This document shows, in pieces, positions 25,862 to 33,613 of a stretch of DNA of 34,121 nucleotides (position 1 is its first letter; the number at the start of each line of letters is the position of its first letter). The position numbers were made by a program, and so were the translations under genes. This stretch comes from a virus. Its lineage: Duplodnaviria; Caudoviricetes. The notes under the pieces were generated by a model, which saw only the letters and a program-made list of their open reading frames with translations, was not told the DNA's origin and did no database searches. The DNA is taken from IMG/VR virus record IMGVR_UViG_3300021560_000043, positions 1 to 34,121 of that record. One strand, 5' to 3'.

Positions 25862-26063
25862 TTTTCACCTCCGTAATTCGCAACGATCCCTGCAACTGCT
25901 CGTGCACATCCAGCTCCACGAGTTTCATGATGCGCGATTCGAGGCGCGGGAACTCCAACTTACTCGCGCTCAGTAACGTCACGGCGTCAGCCATGTTTGC
26001 CGCAACAGTCACTTTCAGCAGTGCGATCCCAGTAGCGGCATCATCTCTCACAATCACGTACAT
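25854..26063 (-). CDS. hypothetical protein, first gene of the leftward replication operon
   Basis: ATG 26063 with GGAGG RBS just downstream of the promoter at 26084-26113 (track start 26126 lies upstream of that promoter). Confidence 0.6.
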   Translation of the reverse strand: MYVIVRDDAATGIALLKVTVAANMADAVTLLSASKLEFPRLESRIMKLVELDVHEQLQGSLRITEVKNA

Positions 26064-26083
26064 AACATCCTCCAGTGAGAATG

Positions 26084-26113
26084 ACGGTACGCTTCCCGTG
26101 CGGAATGTGTCAA
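26084..26113 (-). promoter_or_regulatory. leftward sigma70-type promoter
   Basis: TTGACA-18 bp-TACCGT. Confidence 0.6.
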
Positions 26114-26139
26114 GCACTAAATTCAATTATTTTTCATCC

Positions 26140-26168
26140 TTGACTCAGGCTGCCACCGCGCGTACCGT
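26140..26168 (+). promoter_or_regulatory. rightward sigma70-type promoter (probably leaderless transcript)
   Basis: TTGACT-17 bp-TACCGT with the ATG at 26175, where transcription would start. Confidence 0.6.
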
Positions 26169-26174
26169 GGGAAC

Positions 26175-26366
26175 ATGGGACGCAAACCAACCTGGCACTG
26201 CGCGAGCGCCTATCCGAAATTAATGTGCCGCAAGTGCAAAAAGAAGTATCTCGCCATCCGCCGCCGCGAGGCCGCAATCCGTAAACGCTCGCTTGAGTAT
26301 CGAGATGCCATCCGCAAGTACAACCGCGAATATCAGCGGAAGCGGAGAGCGAAATCGGACATATAA
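26175..26366 (+). CDS. small basic protein with Cys/His cluster
   Basis: 63 aa, Arg/Lys-rich, HC...CRKC; placed at the predicted transcription start. Confidence 0.55.
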   Translation: MGRKPTWHCASAYPKLMCRKCKKKYLAIRRREAAIRKRSLEYRDAIRKYNREYQRKRRAKSDI

Positions 26367-26477
26367 TGGCGGGATGAATTCCCACCCCAACTCTGCGTAA
26401 AAGGAAAACCCCACGTTTGCCGCGTGGGGTCTCATGTCTCCGGTCTCCCAACCAGAAAGGCCCAAAGGAGCCTCTAT

Positions 26478-27872
26478 ATGGCAAACGATACCACAGCACA
26501 ACAAGTAACGCCAAAAGGTAAGAAGACCGTCCCTGTGACGGAGATGCCCGTCTCCCTCAACATCGCGTTTGAAAAACTCAACAGTTCCTACTGCTTTGTG
26601 GAGCAGATCGCGCAGATCGTGCGCATTCCCACCGATTCTCGCCCCTTTCTCGACATCTACCCGCCAACTGTATTCGCCAACTCCCTTGAATCTACGCGCA
26701 AGGCTGAAGGGCTCCCCGTAGCGTCGAAGTGGATACGCTGGAGCGGCCGGCGCACAGCCTACCAGCTCGTATACGAACCAGGGCAGCCGCGCTTCACGGG
26801 CGGTAACCTCAACACATGGATGCCGTCGAAGGTGAAAGCCAAAAAGGGCGACATTACACTCTGGCTCGATTACCTTCAGCGCGTCTTCACCACTGATCCC
26901 ACGTACCAAGACTGGTTCCTCGCATGGCTGGCGTATCCGCTCCAACACCCCGGCACGAAGCTCCATACCGCAACCGTGTTCTGGTCCGAACAAACCGCAA
27001 CGGGCAAGTCCATGCTTGGGCGCATTATGAGCGCCATCTACGGCCAGCACAACTACGCCCAACTCGACGAAGCCACCCTGCACAATCCCTTCAATTTCTG
27101 GGCAGTTGGCAAGCAATTCGTAATGGGCGAGGAGATCAAAGGAGCCTCCAGCGCCAAATATGCCGACAGGCTAAAGGCCATGATTACTCAACAAGTCAAT
27201 TACGTAAACGTGAAGTACAAAGCGCAATTCGAACTCCGCGACTGTCTCAACTACTACTTCACCTCCAACCATCCCGACGCTTTCTACCTCGACTCCAACG
27301 ACCGGCGATTCTTCGTGCACAACCTTGGGGATCAGAAATACCCCGCTGATCTCTACCGCGATCAATTCGAGCCGTGGTTCAACAATGGCGGCGCCGAGGC
27401 AATTCGCCACTACTTGGAACACGAAATCGACCTCACAAAGCCCATTGTTGGGGGAGATCCTACCTCGTCAACTCCCCACCGCTTCAATCCCGGCGCAGCA
27501 GCTCCCCAGTCCAATGCACGCAAGGCGATGATTGTTGCGAACCTAGATGATGTGGAATGCTGGCTGAATGAGCTTCTGGACTCTCCTGGAGCGATTCTCA
27601 AAGGGGATGCCGAAGCTTGGACCTGCGCCACAGCGCGTGAACTCTACACTCTATTCTGTACACAGAACAAACACACAAAGTGCCTGCCCAAGCGTTTCAG
27701 CGCATTGCTACGCCGTCAGGTCCCGCCTTTGTATTCCGACAACAAAATAGACCTAACACCTGAACACCGGGACAAACTTTACCCGACTCGTAAGACGCCA
27801 CGTTCGGGTAAGCCGTGGCGAGAATTGGGTGCGCTCGAACTTTCGGTCGAATGGAATGAGGTACGGGTATGA
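26478..27872 (+). CDS. SF3 (D5/DUF5906-like) replicative helicase without primase domain
   Basis: AAGGAG RBS before ATG 26478; WLAYPLQHPG.K, Walker A QTATGKS, Walker B FVMGEE, LKAMIT, motif C FTSNH, DRRF. Confidence 0.85.
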   Translation: MANDTTAQQVTPKGKKTVPVTEMPVSLNIAFEKLNSSYCFVEQIAQIVRIPTDSRPFLDIYPPTVFANSLESTRKAEGLPVASKWIRWSGRRTAYQLVYEPGQPRFTGGNLNTWMPSKVKAKKGDITLWLDYLQRVFTTDPTYQDWFLAWLAYPLQHPGTKLHTATVFWSEQTATGKSMLGRIMSAIYGQHNYAQLDEATLHNPFNFWAVGKQFVMGEEIKGASSAKYADRLKAMITQQVNYVNVKYKAQFELRDCLNYYFTSNHPDAFYLDSNDRRFFVHNLGDQKYPADLYRDQFEPWFNNGGAEAIRHYLEHEIDLTKPIVGGDPTSSTPHRFNPGAAAPQSNARKAMIVANLDDVECWLNELLDSPGAILKGDAEAWTCATARELYTLFCTQNKHTKCLPKRFSALLRRQVPPLYSDNKIDLTPEHRDKLYPTRKTPRSGKPWRELGALELSVEWNEVRV

Positions 27873-28021
27873 CAATCGGGTATGACTTCGACTAATGGAA
27901 TGTTATATATACCCGATTTATCTTATTTATCTAAAGAAAATATAAAGACTATAAGAGAGGCCTAAAGTGTGGGTTTAGGCCTCTCTAGAAGTTTTCGTGA
28001 AAAGAATCGGATAATCGGGTA
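27864..28021. repeat. AT-rich origin-like region with AATCGGGTA repeats and a 13 bp inverted repeat
   Basis: CGGGTATGAC x2 (27864, 27877); AATCGGGTA at 27874 and 28013, inverted at 27910; AGAGAGGCCTAAA (27954-27966) / TTTAGGCCTCTCT (27974-27986). Confidence 0.7.
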
Positions 28022-28042
28022 AAGGCGGATTACGACATAAAA

Positions 28043-28159
28043 TTACCGGTTCACGAAGTAAGCCACGCCTGTCGCCAGCGCCACCATTCCCCACACCAGG
28101 ATGCCGAGCGGAAGAACCACCATCTCGCGCCGGTCCGAGAGCCATTGTGCGAATTTCAT
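28043..28159 (-). CDS. single-TM mini-protein (38 aa)
   Basis: MKFAQWLSDRREMVVLPLGILVWGMVALATGVAYFVNR; AAGGGGTG RBS, ATGA overlap. Confidence 0.55.
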   Translation of the reverse strand: MKFAQWLSDRREMVVLPLGILVWGMVALATGVAYFVNR

Positions 28160-28272
28160 CGAATCACCCCCTTTCGCGCCAGAATCGCCATTGTCACCAC
28201 CCAAACCACCGCGAGCGATGGCACGAGAAACTTGAGAAAATGGAACATCTTTGCTAATTCTTCAAACGTCAT
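28156..28272 (-). CDS. single-TM mini-protein (38 aa), in frame with the longer ORF starting at 28704
   Basis: AAGGAGCTGGAG RBS; MTFEELAKMFHFLKFLVPSLAVVWVVTMAILARKGVIR. Confidence 0.55.
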   Translation of the reverse strand: MTFEELAKMFHFLKFLVPSLAVVWVVTMAILARKGVIR

Positions 28273-28704
28273 AAACTCCAGCTCCTTCCGAGGTACAAAA
28301 TGCCGGCACTGATTTCCCTGCTGATTTCGCTCATCATCCTCGGGCTCATCCTGTGGGTCATCTGGTGGATCCTCTCCCTGATCCCCGTCCCGCCCCCGTT
28401 CGCCGTCGCCATCCGGGTCGTATTCGCGCTTATTTGTCTCGTGGCGTTGTTGAGCCTGCTGTTTGGGGGTTGGAGCTTCCCCTTCGCCGTGTGGAGGCAC
28501 TGATGGCGTCTCTCGTACTTGCCATGAGCCGACCTTCTCGAGTACCTCGATCTCGCCAGTTCGTCCAAGCTCAATTCCGCGCTTGTAGATGCGGTCGTAG
28601 CGCATATCGGATGCAACGCGGCTGAGAGCCTTGGCGATCAACTCGCGCCTGTCGCCAGTGAGTAGTTCATCATTCCCAAGTTCAATCGTCAGTGTGAATT
28701 GCAT
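28156..28704 (-). CDS. early phage protein (MQFTLTIELGNDE...VGSW), frame stays open across the antisense gene
   Basis: GGAGG RBS before ATG 28704; the first ~65 aa look like a compact phage domain, the remainder is antisense to 28300..28503. Confidence 0.55.
   Translation of the reverse strand: MQFTLTIELGNDELLTGDRRELIAKALSRVASDMRYDRIYKRGIELGRTGEIEVLEKVGSWQVRETPSVPPHGEGEAPTPKQQAQQRHETNKREYDPDGDGERGRDGDQGEDPPDDPQDEPEDDERNQQGNQCRHFVPRKELEFMTFEELAKMFHFLKFLVPSLAVVWVVTMAILARKGVIR
28300..28503 (+). CDS. two-TM membrane protein (Thivi_2564-like)
   Basis: GAGG RBS; LISLIILGLILWVIWWILSLIPVPPPFAVAIRVVFALICLVALLSLL hairpin with IP.PPP turn. Confidence 0.75.
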   Translation: MPALISLLISLIILGLILWVIWWILSLIPVPPPFAVAIRVVFALICLVALLSLLFGGWSFPFAVWRH

Positions 28705-28868
28705 GATTCCTCCGTGAATCGATACGAGACGGCCCATCCGGTTGGCGTCGTTGTGGTTCTTCCACTGTAGGGGCGCGGCAGGGCGATCAAATACGCTTCA
28801 GCGGCGTCTTGGGTGGCAAAAGTGATGAAACCTCGCCTTCCGAGCGCCGCTATCGGTGTGAATTGCAT
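28689..28868 (-). CDS. hypothetical early protein
   Basis: AAGGAG RBS before ATG 28868. Confidence 0.55.
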   Translation of the reverse strand: MQFTPIAALGRRGFITFATQDAAEAYLIALPRPYSGRTTTTPTGWAVSYRFTEESCNSH

Positions 28869-28881
28869 AGGGAAGACTCCT

Positions 28882-29181
28882 TTAGCGCAAGATGGTATGT
28901 GTGTGCCCATGCCCGCCACCAAACTCAACATCCGGCTCGGCAAATCCTGACTTCACATACCAGCGAAAATCACGCTGATAAACCTGATACCCCAGACCGA
29001 ATTGATTACTTGCCTGGTTCATCCGCAACTTGGTGGTGTTGGACATCCACCCGCCTGTGTTGAGCACGATTTCCTTGGGCGTCACCTTCACAACCTGCGT
29101 TCCGCGATAAATTACGCTGATCTCGCCATCATGGGCTGCAACTGCCGTCTGGACTCCACGAACTTCCTGTGTCTGGCTCAT
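28882..29181 (-). CDS. conserved early phage protein
   Basis: AAGGAG RBS; Y.GT...LNTGGW.S.TTK.RMN...VYQRDFRWYV pattern recurrent in phage early regions. Confidence 0.7.
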   Translation of the reverse strand: MSQTQEVRGVQTAVAAHDGEISVIYRGTQVVKVTPKEIVLNTGGWMSNTTKLRMNQASNQFGLGYQVYQRDFRWYVKSGFAEPDVEFGGGHGHTHTILR

Positions 29182-29237
29182 CTCTCTATCTCCTTCATTT
29201 CTCAGGTGCATGTGCCGGGTTACGTACCGGCCCTGGC

Positions 29238-29618
29238 TTACCGTTCATGTCTCAATCTGTGGCAACAAGCACAGATCACAACGCACTTAGCGATTTCAGC
29301 AACTAGAGCCCGTGGTGTGCAGCGTCTCCATCCAATCGTGAACCGTTTAGGGAACTTGACGTGGTGGAAGTCCATGCAAACCTTGGGGAACCTATTACCG
29401 CAATCGGCGCACGGTACATCTTTAGCAGCGGCAATAATCGCCTTGTTGCGCTCAGTCCGCGTTACACGACTCGCACGGTCCATCTCGCGTCCACGTTCTG
29501 ACAGCCGGTATCTGTCGCGCCTTGCCTTGCCGCGCTCCGAGTCTTCATATCGGCGGATTGTCGCCTTGCCTTCTTCGGATTGCCTGTAAAGCTTGTAACG
29601 CTCTGGCGTGAATGGCAT
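29238..29618 (-). CDS. HNH endonuclease
   Basis: Basic SExG repeats, CADCG...MDFHH...EIAKCVVICACCHRLRH. Confidence 0.85.
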   Translation of the reverse strand: MPFTPERYKLYRQSEEGKATIRRYEDSERGKARRDRYRLSERGREMDRASRVTRTERNKAIIAAAKDVPCADCGNRFPKVCMDFHHVKFPKRFTIGWRRCTPRALVAEIAKCVVICACCHRLRHER

Positions 29619-29708
29619 CTTTGATTCCTTTTGGTGGGGCTTGCGTACCCCACCGGAGAGTTACCAACTCCCACGCTCTAAACGCCGTGGAGACGGCGCG
29701 GCAGAGGG

Positions 29709-29966
29709 CTATTCGATGAGTCCAAGCAGGGCAGAGCGCACGTTTTGGAAGCCCCACGGCGCACCGTCTGGTGTCTTATCGGTCCCTACTTGTGCAATGA
29801 AATCCAGAGCGGCTTGGCGGTTGCCCGCTGCGTTGCGGTTCGTACGGTTCAGGCAGTCAAGAGCTAGCCTATACAGCCCTTCGTCATTGCCGATCCATAG
29901 CGCCACGTTCCAAGCGTTGTAGCTGCGATGTCCGTTGTAGCGTTTGGTTGCCATTTTCATCTCCAT
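29709..29966 (-). CDS. conserved early phage protein
   Basis: YNGHRSYNAWNVALWIGNDEGLY...TPDG motif; likely start ATG 29954 after GGAG. Confidence 0.7.
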   Translation of the reverse strand: MEMKMATKRYNGHRSYNAWNVALWIGNDEGLYRLALDCLNRTNRNAAGNRQAALDFIAQVGTDKTPDGAPWGFQNVRSALLGLIE

Positions 29967-30009
29967 AACCGCCGGTAAGCGGCTTTCGGTTGGTGTTGCG
30001 GTTGAGGGG

Positions 30010-30231
30010 TTAGGCGTTCAGCGGATCATTCATCGCCGCGCTACAGGAATCGCAATAGTCCGCTCCTTGGTGACGAGTCCACCCGTGTTGCTTGGCTAGC
30101 TTTCGGAGTTCTGCTGCCGTCGGTGCACCGTCGATAAACATGCGCGAGTCAAGATCCATCAGGTCAGGAAATGTGCGGTCCCCCGTTCCGTGGTCTTCCT
30201 CACAGAAGATGACCTTGATTGTGCGGATCAT
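30010..30231 (-). CDS. small zinc-binding early protein
   Basis: GGAGG RBS, ATGA overlap; C...AK.HGW....DYCDSC. Confidence 0.65.
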   Translation of the reverse strand: MIRTIKVIFCEEDHGTGDRTFPDLMDLDSRMFIDGAPTAAELRKLAKQHGWTRHQGADYCDSCSAAMNDPLNA

Positions 30232-30428
30232 GCCCTTACCTCCGATAGACGGAACCGGACTAGCCATGATGGGCCAAGGGTATTTCGTAGACATTGCAGT
30301 ACGTTAGAACGCTCAAAGCCGCTGTAGTCGCCAGACATCCATGCTTCACGGAGAGCCGATTTCCAGTTGCGTCCATGAATCTCCGCCCAAAGTTCGACCG
30401 CGTGTAACTGTTCGATTGTCAGCGTCAT
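30228..30428 (-). CDS. conserved early phage protein
   Basis: GAGG RBS; HGRNWKSAL..AW..G...LQ.LRN..GPSWL pattern. Confidence 0.65.
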   Translation of the reverse strand: MTLTIEQLHAVELWAEIHGRNWKSALREAWMSGDYSGFERSNVLQCLRNTLGPSWLVRFRLSEVRA

Positions 30429-30463
30429 TGTGTTTCCTCTCTTTCTCAGGTGCATGTATGTAC

Positions 30464-30697
30464 TTAGGCTGCTACAGCTGCTGGTGCGGCATACGTGTCG
30501 AATACATCAACCGCACAGCAATCAGAAGCACCCAAACGCTCTTCTGTCAGCCCTGCGGCGTACACAGGGCGGTAGTAAACCCATCCACACGCGATCTTTG
30601 TGATCTGGTAGATCTGGGGAGTCTTGCCGTCGAAGGGCTCCGTGCTCAGAACGCGGCGGTGATTGAATCTCAATCCAACCTTAGGTGTGAGTGCCAT
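30464..30697 (-). CDS. first early gene, hypothetical
   Basis: GGAGG RBS before ATG 30697, directly after the promoter at 30723-30751. Confidence 0.6.
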   Translation of the reverse strand: MALTPKVGLRFNHRRVLSTEPFDGKTPQIYQITKIACGWVYYRPVYAAGLTEERLGASDCCAVDVFDTYAAPAAVAA

Positions 30698-30722
30698 CTT
30701 CTCATTCCCTCCAACAATCACA

Positions 30723-30751
30723 ACATTACGCCTCTTCCCAATGGATGTCAA
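30723..30751 (-). promoter_or_regulatory. early sigma70-type promoter
   Basis: TTGACA-17 bp-TAATGT with an AT-rich upstream element. Confidence 0.75.
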
Positions 30752-30815
30752 GAACAAAATATAACCTGTTTGAACTATCCCCACTTGACACATTGGTGTA
30801 ACCTTTTCAGCAGTT

Positions 30816-31181
30816 ATGGAGACGGGACGACCAAGCGAGTTTCAACCTGAGTTTGTTGCGCGCGCGCAGAAGCTTTGTCTTCTCGGCTACACTGACGCGG
30901 AACTTGCTGAATCCTTTGATGTTAGCGAAACTACAATCAACAATTGGAAGCGCCGCTATCCTGAGTTTCTTGTCGCCATAAAAGAGGGCAAGGAAAACGC
31001 CGACGCAGAAGTTGCAAGTGCTTTGTTCGAAAGAGCTAAGACAGGCTCCGATACCGCTGCAATTTTCTGGCTGAAGAACCGTAAGAGCAAGTTCTGGAAA
31101 GACCGCAAAGAGTTCACCGGCGAAGATGGCGGCCCGATGCAATTCGTAGTGAAGTCGATTCTGGAAGAGGAGTCCAAGTAA
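30816..31181 (+). CDS. terS: terminase small subunit
   Basis: GRPSEF...LGYTDAELAESFDVSETTINNWKRRYPEF..AIKEGK..AD..V..ALF..A...TAAIFWLKNR...W.D...TGEDGGP. Confidence 0.9.
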   Translation: METGRPSEFQPEFVARAQKLCLLGYTDAELAESFDVSETTINNWKRRYPEFLVAIKEGKENADAEVASALFERAKTGSDTAAIFWLKNRKSKFWKDRKEFTGEDGGPMQFVVKSILEEESK

Positions 31182-31183
31182 AA

Positions 31184-31522
31184 ATGCCCGCATATCCAGC
31201 ACATTCGCCTGTCTTCCTCAGCCTAGGGAACGTTGTGCCGTTGGTGAACAACGCGGCGACGGACAGCGGAATCACGGCGACAATCCAGGTGAGCGTTGCA
31301 GGGCAGCCGAGTACGACTTCGAAACTCACTCTGGTGAACAACACTAATCAAACGGCGACCGTTCAAGTGGCCGCCGTGGATGCGAACGCGAATTATGTTC
31401 CATTGACTGCATCCGTCACGGCAGCCGCCGGCGCTGCTGTGGTATTCGATTGCGTCGGCCCTTTCGTTCGGTGCTCTTTCAGCGTGGCTCCCACGACAGG
31501 TTCACTCTACCTGTGCAGGTAA
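31184..31522 (+). CDS. beta-rich hypothetical protein between terS and terL
   Basis: 112 aa, tight spacing to both neighbours, Val/Thr/Ala-rich. Confidence 0.65.
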   Translation: MPAYPAHSPVFLSLGNVVPLVNNAATDSGITATIQVSVAGQPSTTSKLTLVNNTNQTATVQVAAVDANANYVPLTASVTAAAGAAVVFDCVGPFVRCSFSVAPTTGSLYLCR

Positions 31523-31525
31523 TGC

Positions 31526-33292
31526 GTGGCCCAATCACCGCGCGAAGTCTCGCTGATACTACAACCGAAACAGTTCTCGCTCGGACAACTCATCTACCGC
31601 ACCGGCCCCGATGTCGCCACGTGGATCGGCGGAGGTGGTGCGCGTGCCGGCGGGAAAAGTGGCGGATTGCGCCGCATCATGCTGGACCGTCGAATGCAAC
31701 GCCCCGGCACACCTGGCGTCATCGTCCGTCGCACCTACAAAGACGTAAACGAAAATCACATTCAGAAGTACTTCAGCGAGTTTCCGGATCTCATTCCCTA
31801 CTGGCGGGCGACGGATAACGAATTCCGCTTACCCAATAAATCCCGCCTCTGCTTCCGCTACTACGAAAACAAAGCCGCTGTGGACCAAGGAATGTGGGGG
31901 CCGGAATGGTATGACGTGTTCGTGGATCAAGCGGAACAGTTCACCGAGCACGAGCTGACCATCATGCGCTCCGCGTGCCGCTGGCCCGGCGCCCCGATGA
32001 ATGATTGCAAGCTGGGATTGTTCTTCAATCCGGGCGGAATTGGCACGGAATTCCTAAGGCGCATCTTCCACCAGCGGAGATACAACGGGAATGAGAATCC
32101 GAGCAATTACAACTTTACTCACTTGTTCGGTTGGGACAATTACGTGTGGTTCGAATCGTGCGGGCTTACTCCAAAGGAGTTCTATGCACTCCCCGATGGC
32201 GTCAAATCGAGTGAACCGTGCCCTGCGGGCGATAGCGGTGATCGGGAATCTGGCTATGTCTGCTGCCGTTTTCATCTCTTTATTCATCGCACCGCCGAGG
32301 GGCAGAAACTCAATGCTCTACCGCCTAGCCTACGCGCTGGTCACCTTCTTGGCAGCTTCGATAGCTTCGCTGGTCAATACTTCGCCGGAGTCTGGGACGA
32401 ATCGAAACTGATCCTCACGGCGCAACAGGAAGTCAATCTCGTGCAGAGTTGGTGGGCGCGTTGGATGGCGCACGATGATGGGTTTGTGCATCATGCGGCG
32501 GTGGGGTGGTTCGTGACGGGGAAGGTGAGTCCGAAGTTATTTCAGGAAGTGTTCGGAGTAGCGATCCCAGAAGCAGTAACCGTAGTCGTTGTATATCGCA
32601 ATTTGGTGGAAGCTGAAGTTGAGCCTGGAGAGCTAGTACGCCGAGCTCGAAAGCTAACCACGGTGGACGAATGCCGCACTCTGAACCGCTACTTCCTCTC
32701 CGTGGACGCATGGGAGAAGGATAGCAAAGGGCATTCCGTCGCGGAGGAGATTACGCGGGAGTTGCTGAGGCCGGAGACCATGGCGCAGGGAGCGAAGGAA
32801 TTGACCGTCACGTTCCCCTCTCCCGAGCAGGCCGACAACGCGCGGGTCGGCGGGTGGCGCTACCTGTACGCCATGATGAAGAAGACATCCGACGTGCTGG
32901 ATGGGAAGATGAATCCGACACGGACGAGTGAGGATTACGACGCGGACGATAGCGGCGGATACTCCCTCGCCACACCGCTCCTCTTCATCTCCTCCCAATG
33001 TCAGGACATCATCGAGTCAATCCCCATGGCCATCCGCGACGACATCCACGCAGGGAAGCACGAGGACATCATCAAGCTCCCGACCAAGGCGGACGACGTG
33101 CTGGACATGCTGCGGTACGGTGTGAAGAGTGTGCTGAGGGCGCGTGTGACTCCCGTGCCGGTGCAAATGGCGGAGAAAAGACTTGAAATGGAGCAGTCCG
33201 GGCGTAGTATGACGGAGATGGCGATTCAGTTCAAGAAGATGGTTCTCGGGCGGCATGAAGGAAGACACAGCCGAAAGGGGAGTTTCCGATGA
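31526..33292 (+). CDS. terL: terminase large subunit
   Basis: LQPKQ adenine motif, Walker A GGARAGGKS, IVRRTY, Walker B VFVDQAEQ, FNPGG motif C, nuclease HDDG...DDVLDMLRY. Confidence 0.9.
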   Translation: MAQSPREVSLILQPKQFSLGQLIYRTGPDVATWIGGGGARAGGKSGGLRRIMLDRRMQRPGTPGVIVRRTYKDVNENHIQKYFSEFPDLIPYWRATDNEFRLPNKSRLCFRYYENKAAVDQGMWGPEWYDVFVDQAEQFTEHELTIMRSACRWPGAPMNDCKLGLFFNPGGIGTEFLRRIFHQRRYNGNENPSNYNFTHLFGWDNYVWFESCGLTPKEFYALPDGVKSSEPCPAGDSGDRESGYVCCRFHLFIHRTAEGQKLNALPPSLRAGHLLGSFDSFAGQYFAGVWDESKLILTAQQEVNLVQSWWARWMAHDDGFVHHAAVGWFVTGKVSPKLFQEVFGVAIPEAVTVVVVYRNLVEAEVEPGELVRRARKLTTVDECRTLNRYFLSVDAWEKDSKGHSVAEEITRELLRPETMAQGAKELTVTFPSPEQADNARVGGWRYLYAMMKKTSDVLDGKMNPTRTSEDYDADDSGGYSLATPLLFISSQCQDIIESIPMAIRDDIHAGKHEDIIKLPTKADDVLDMLRYGVKSVLRARVTPVPVQMAEKRLEMEQSGRSMTEMAIQFKKMVLGRHEGRHSRKGSFR

Positions 33293-33612
33293 TTGACGCG
33301 ATTACGATTCTCATCCTCCTCGGGCTCCTCGCGGTTCTGCTCATCCAGCGCAAGAACGAGCGGAAGATTTATGACAACATGCTTGAGGCATTGAACGTGA
33401 GCCTTGCGGTGGCGGAGGCGAATTACACCCATCTCCTCGACCGGCTGAAGGAAAAGTCATTGACGGGGCGCGGGAAGGTAGCGCAGACTGAGACCGAACG
33501 GCCCATGTCGGGTCCGCAGTTGCGCCGGCTGAACGAGCGCCTGAACAACGCGCAGTGGGAACAGATGCAGGAACGGCCCAACAGTGAAGTTCTAAAGGAT
33601 CAGGAGGCGTGA
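33289..33612 (+). CDS. N-terminal TM / coiled-coil protein
   Basis: ATGA overlap with terL; ITILILLGLLAVLLI followed by a helical region. Confidence 0.65.
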   Translation: MIDAITILILLGLLAVLLIQRKNERKIYDNMLEALNVSLAVAEANYTHLLDRLKEKSLTGRGKVAQTETERPMSGPQLRRLNERLNNAQWEQMQERPNSEVLKDQEA

Positions 33613-33613
33613 A

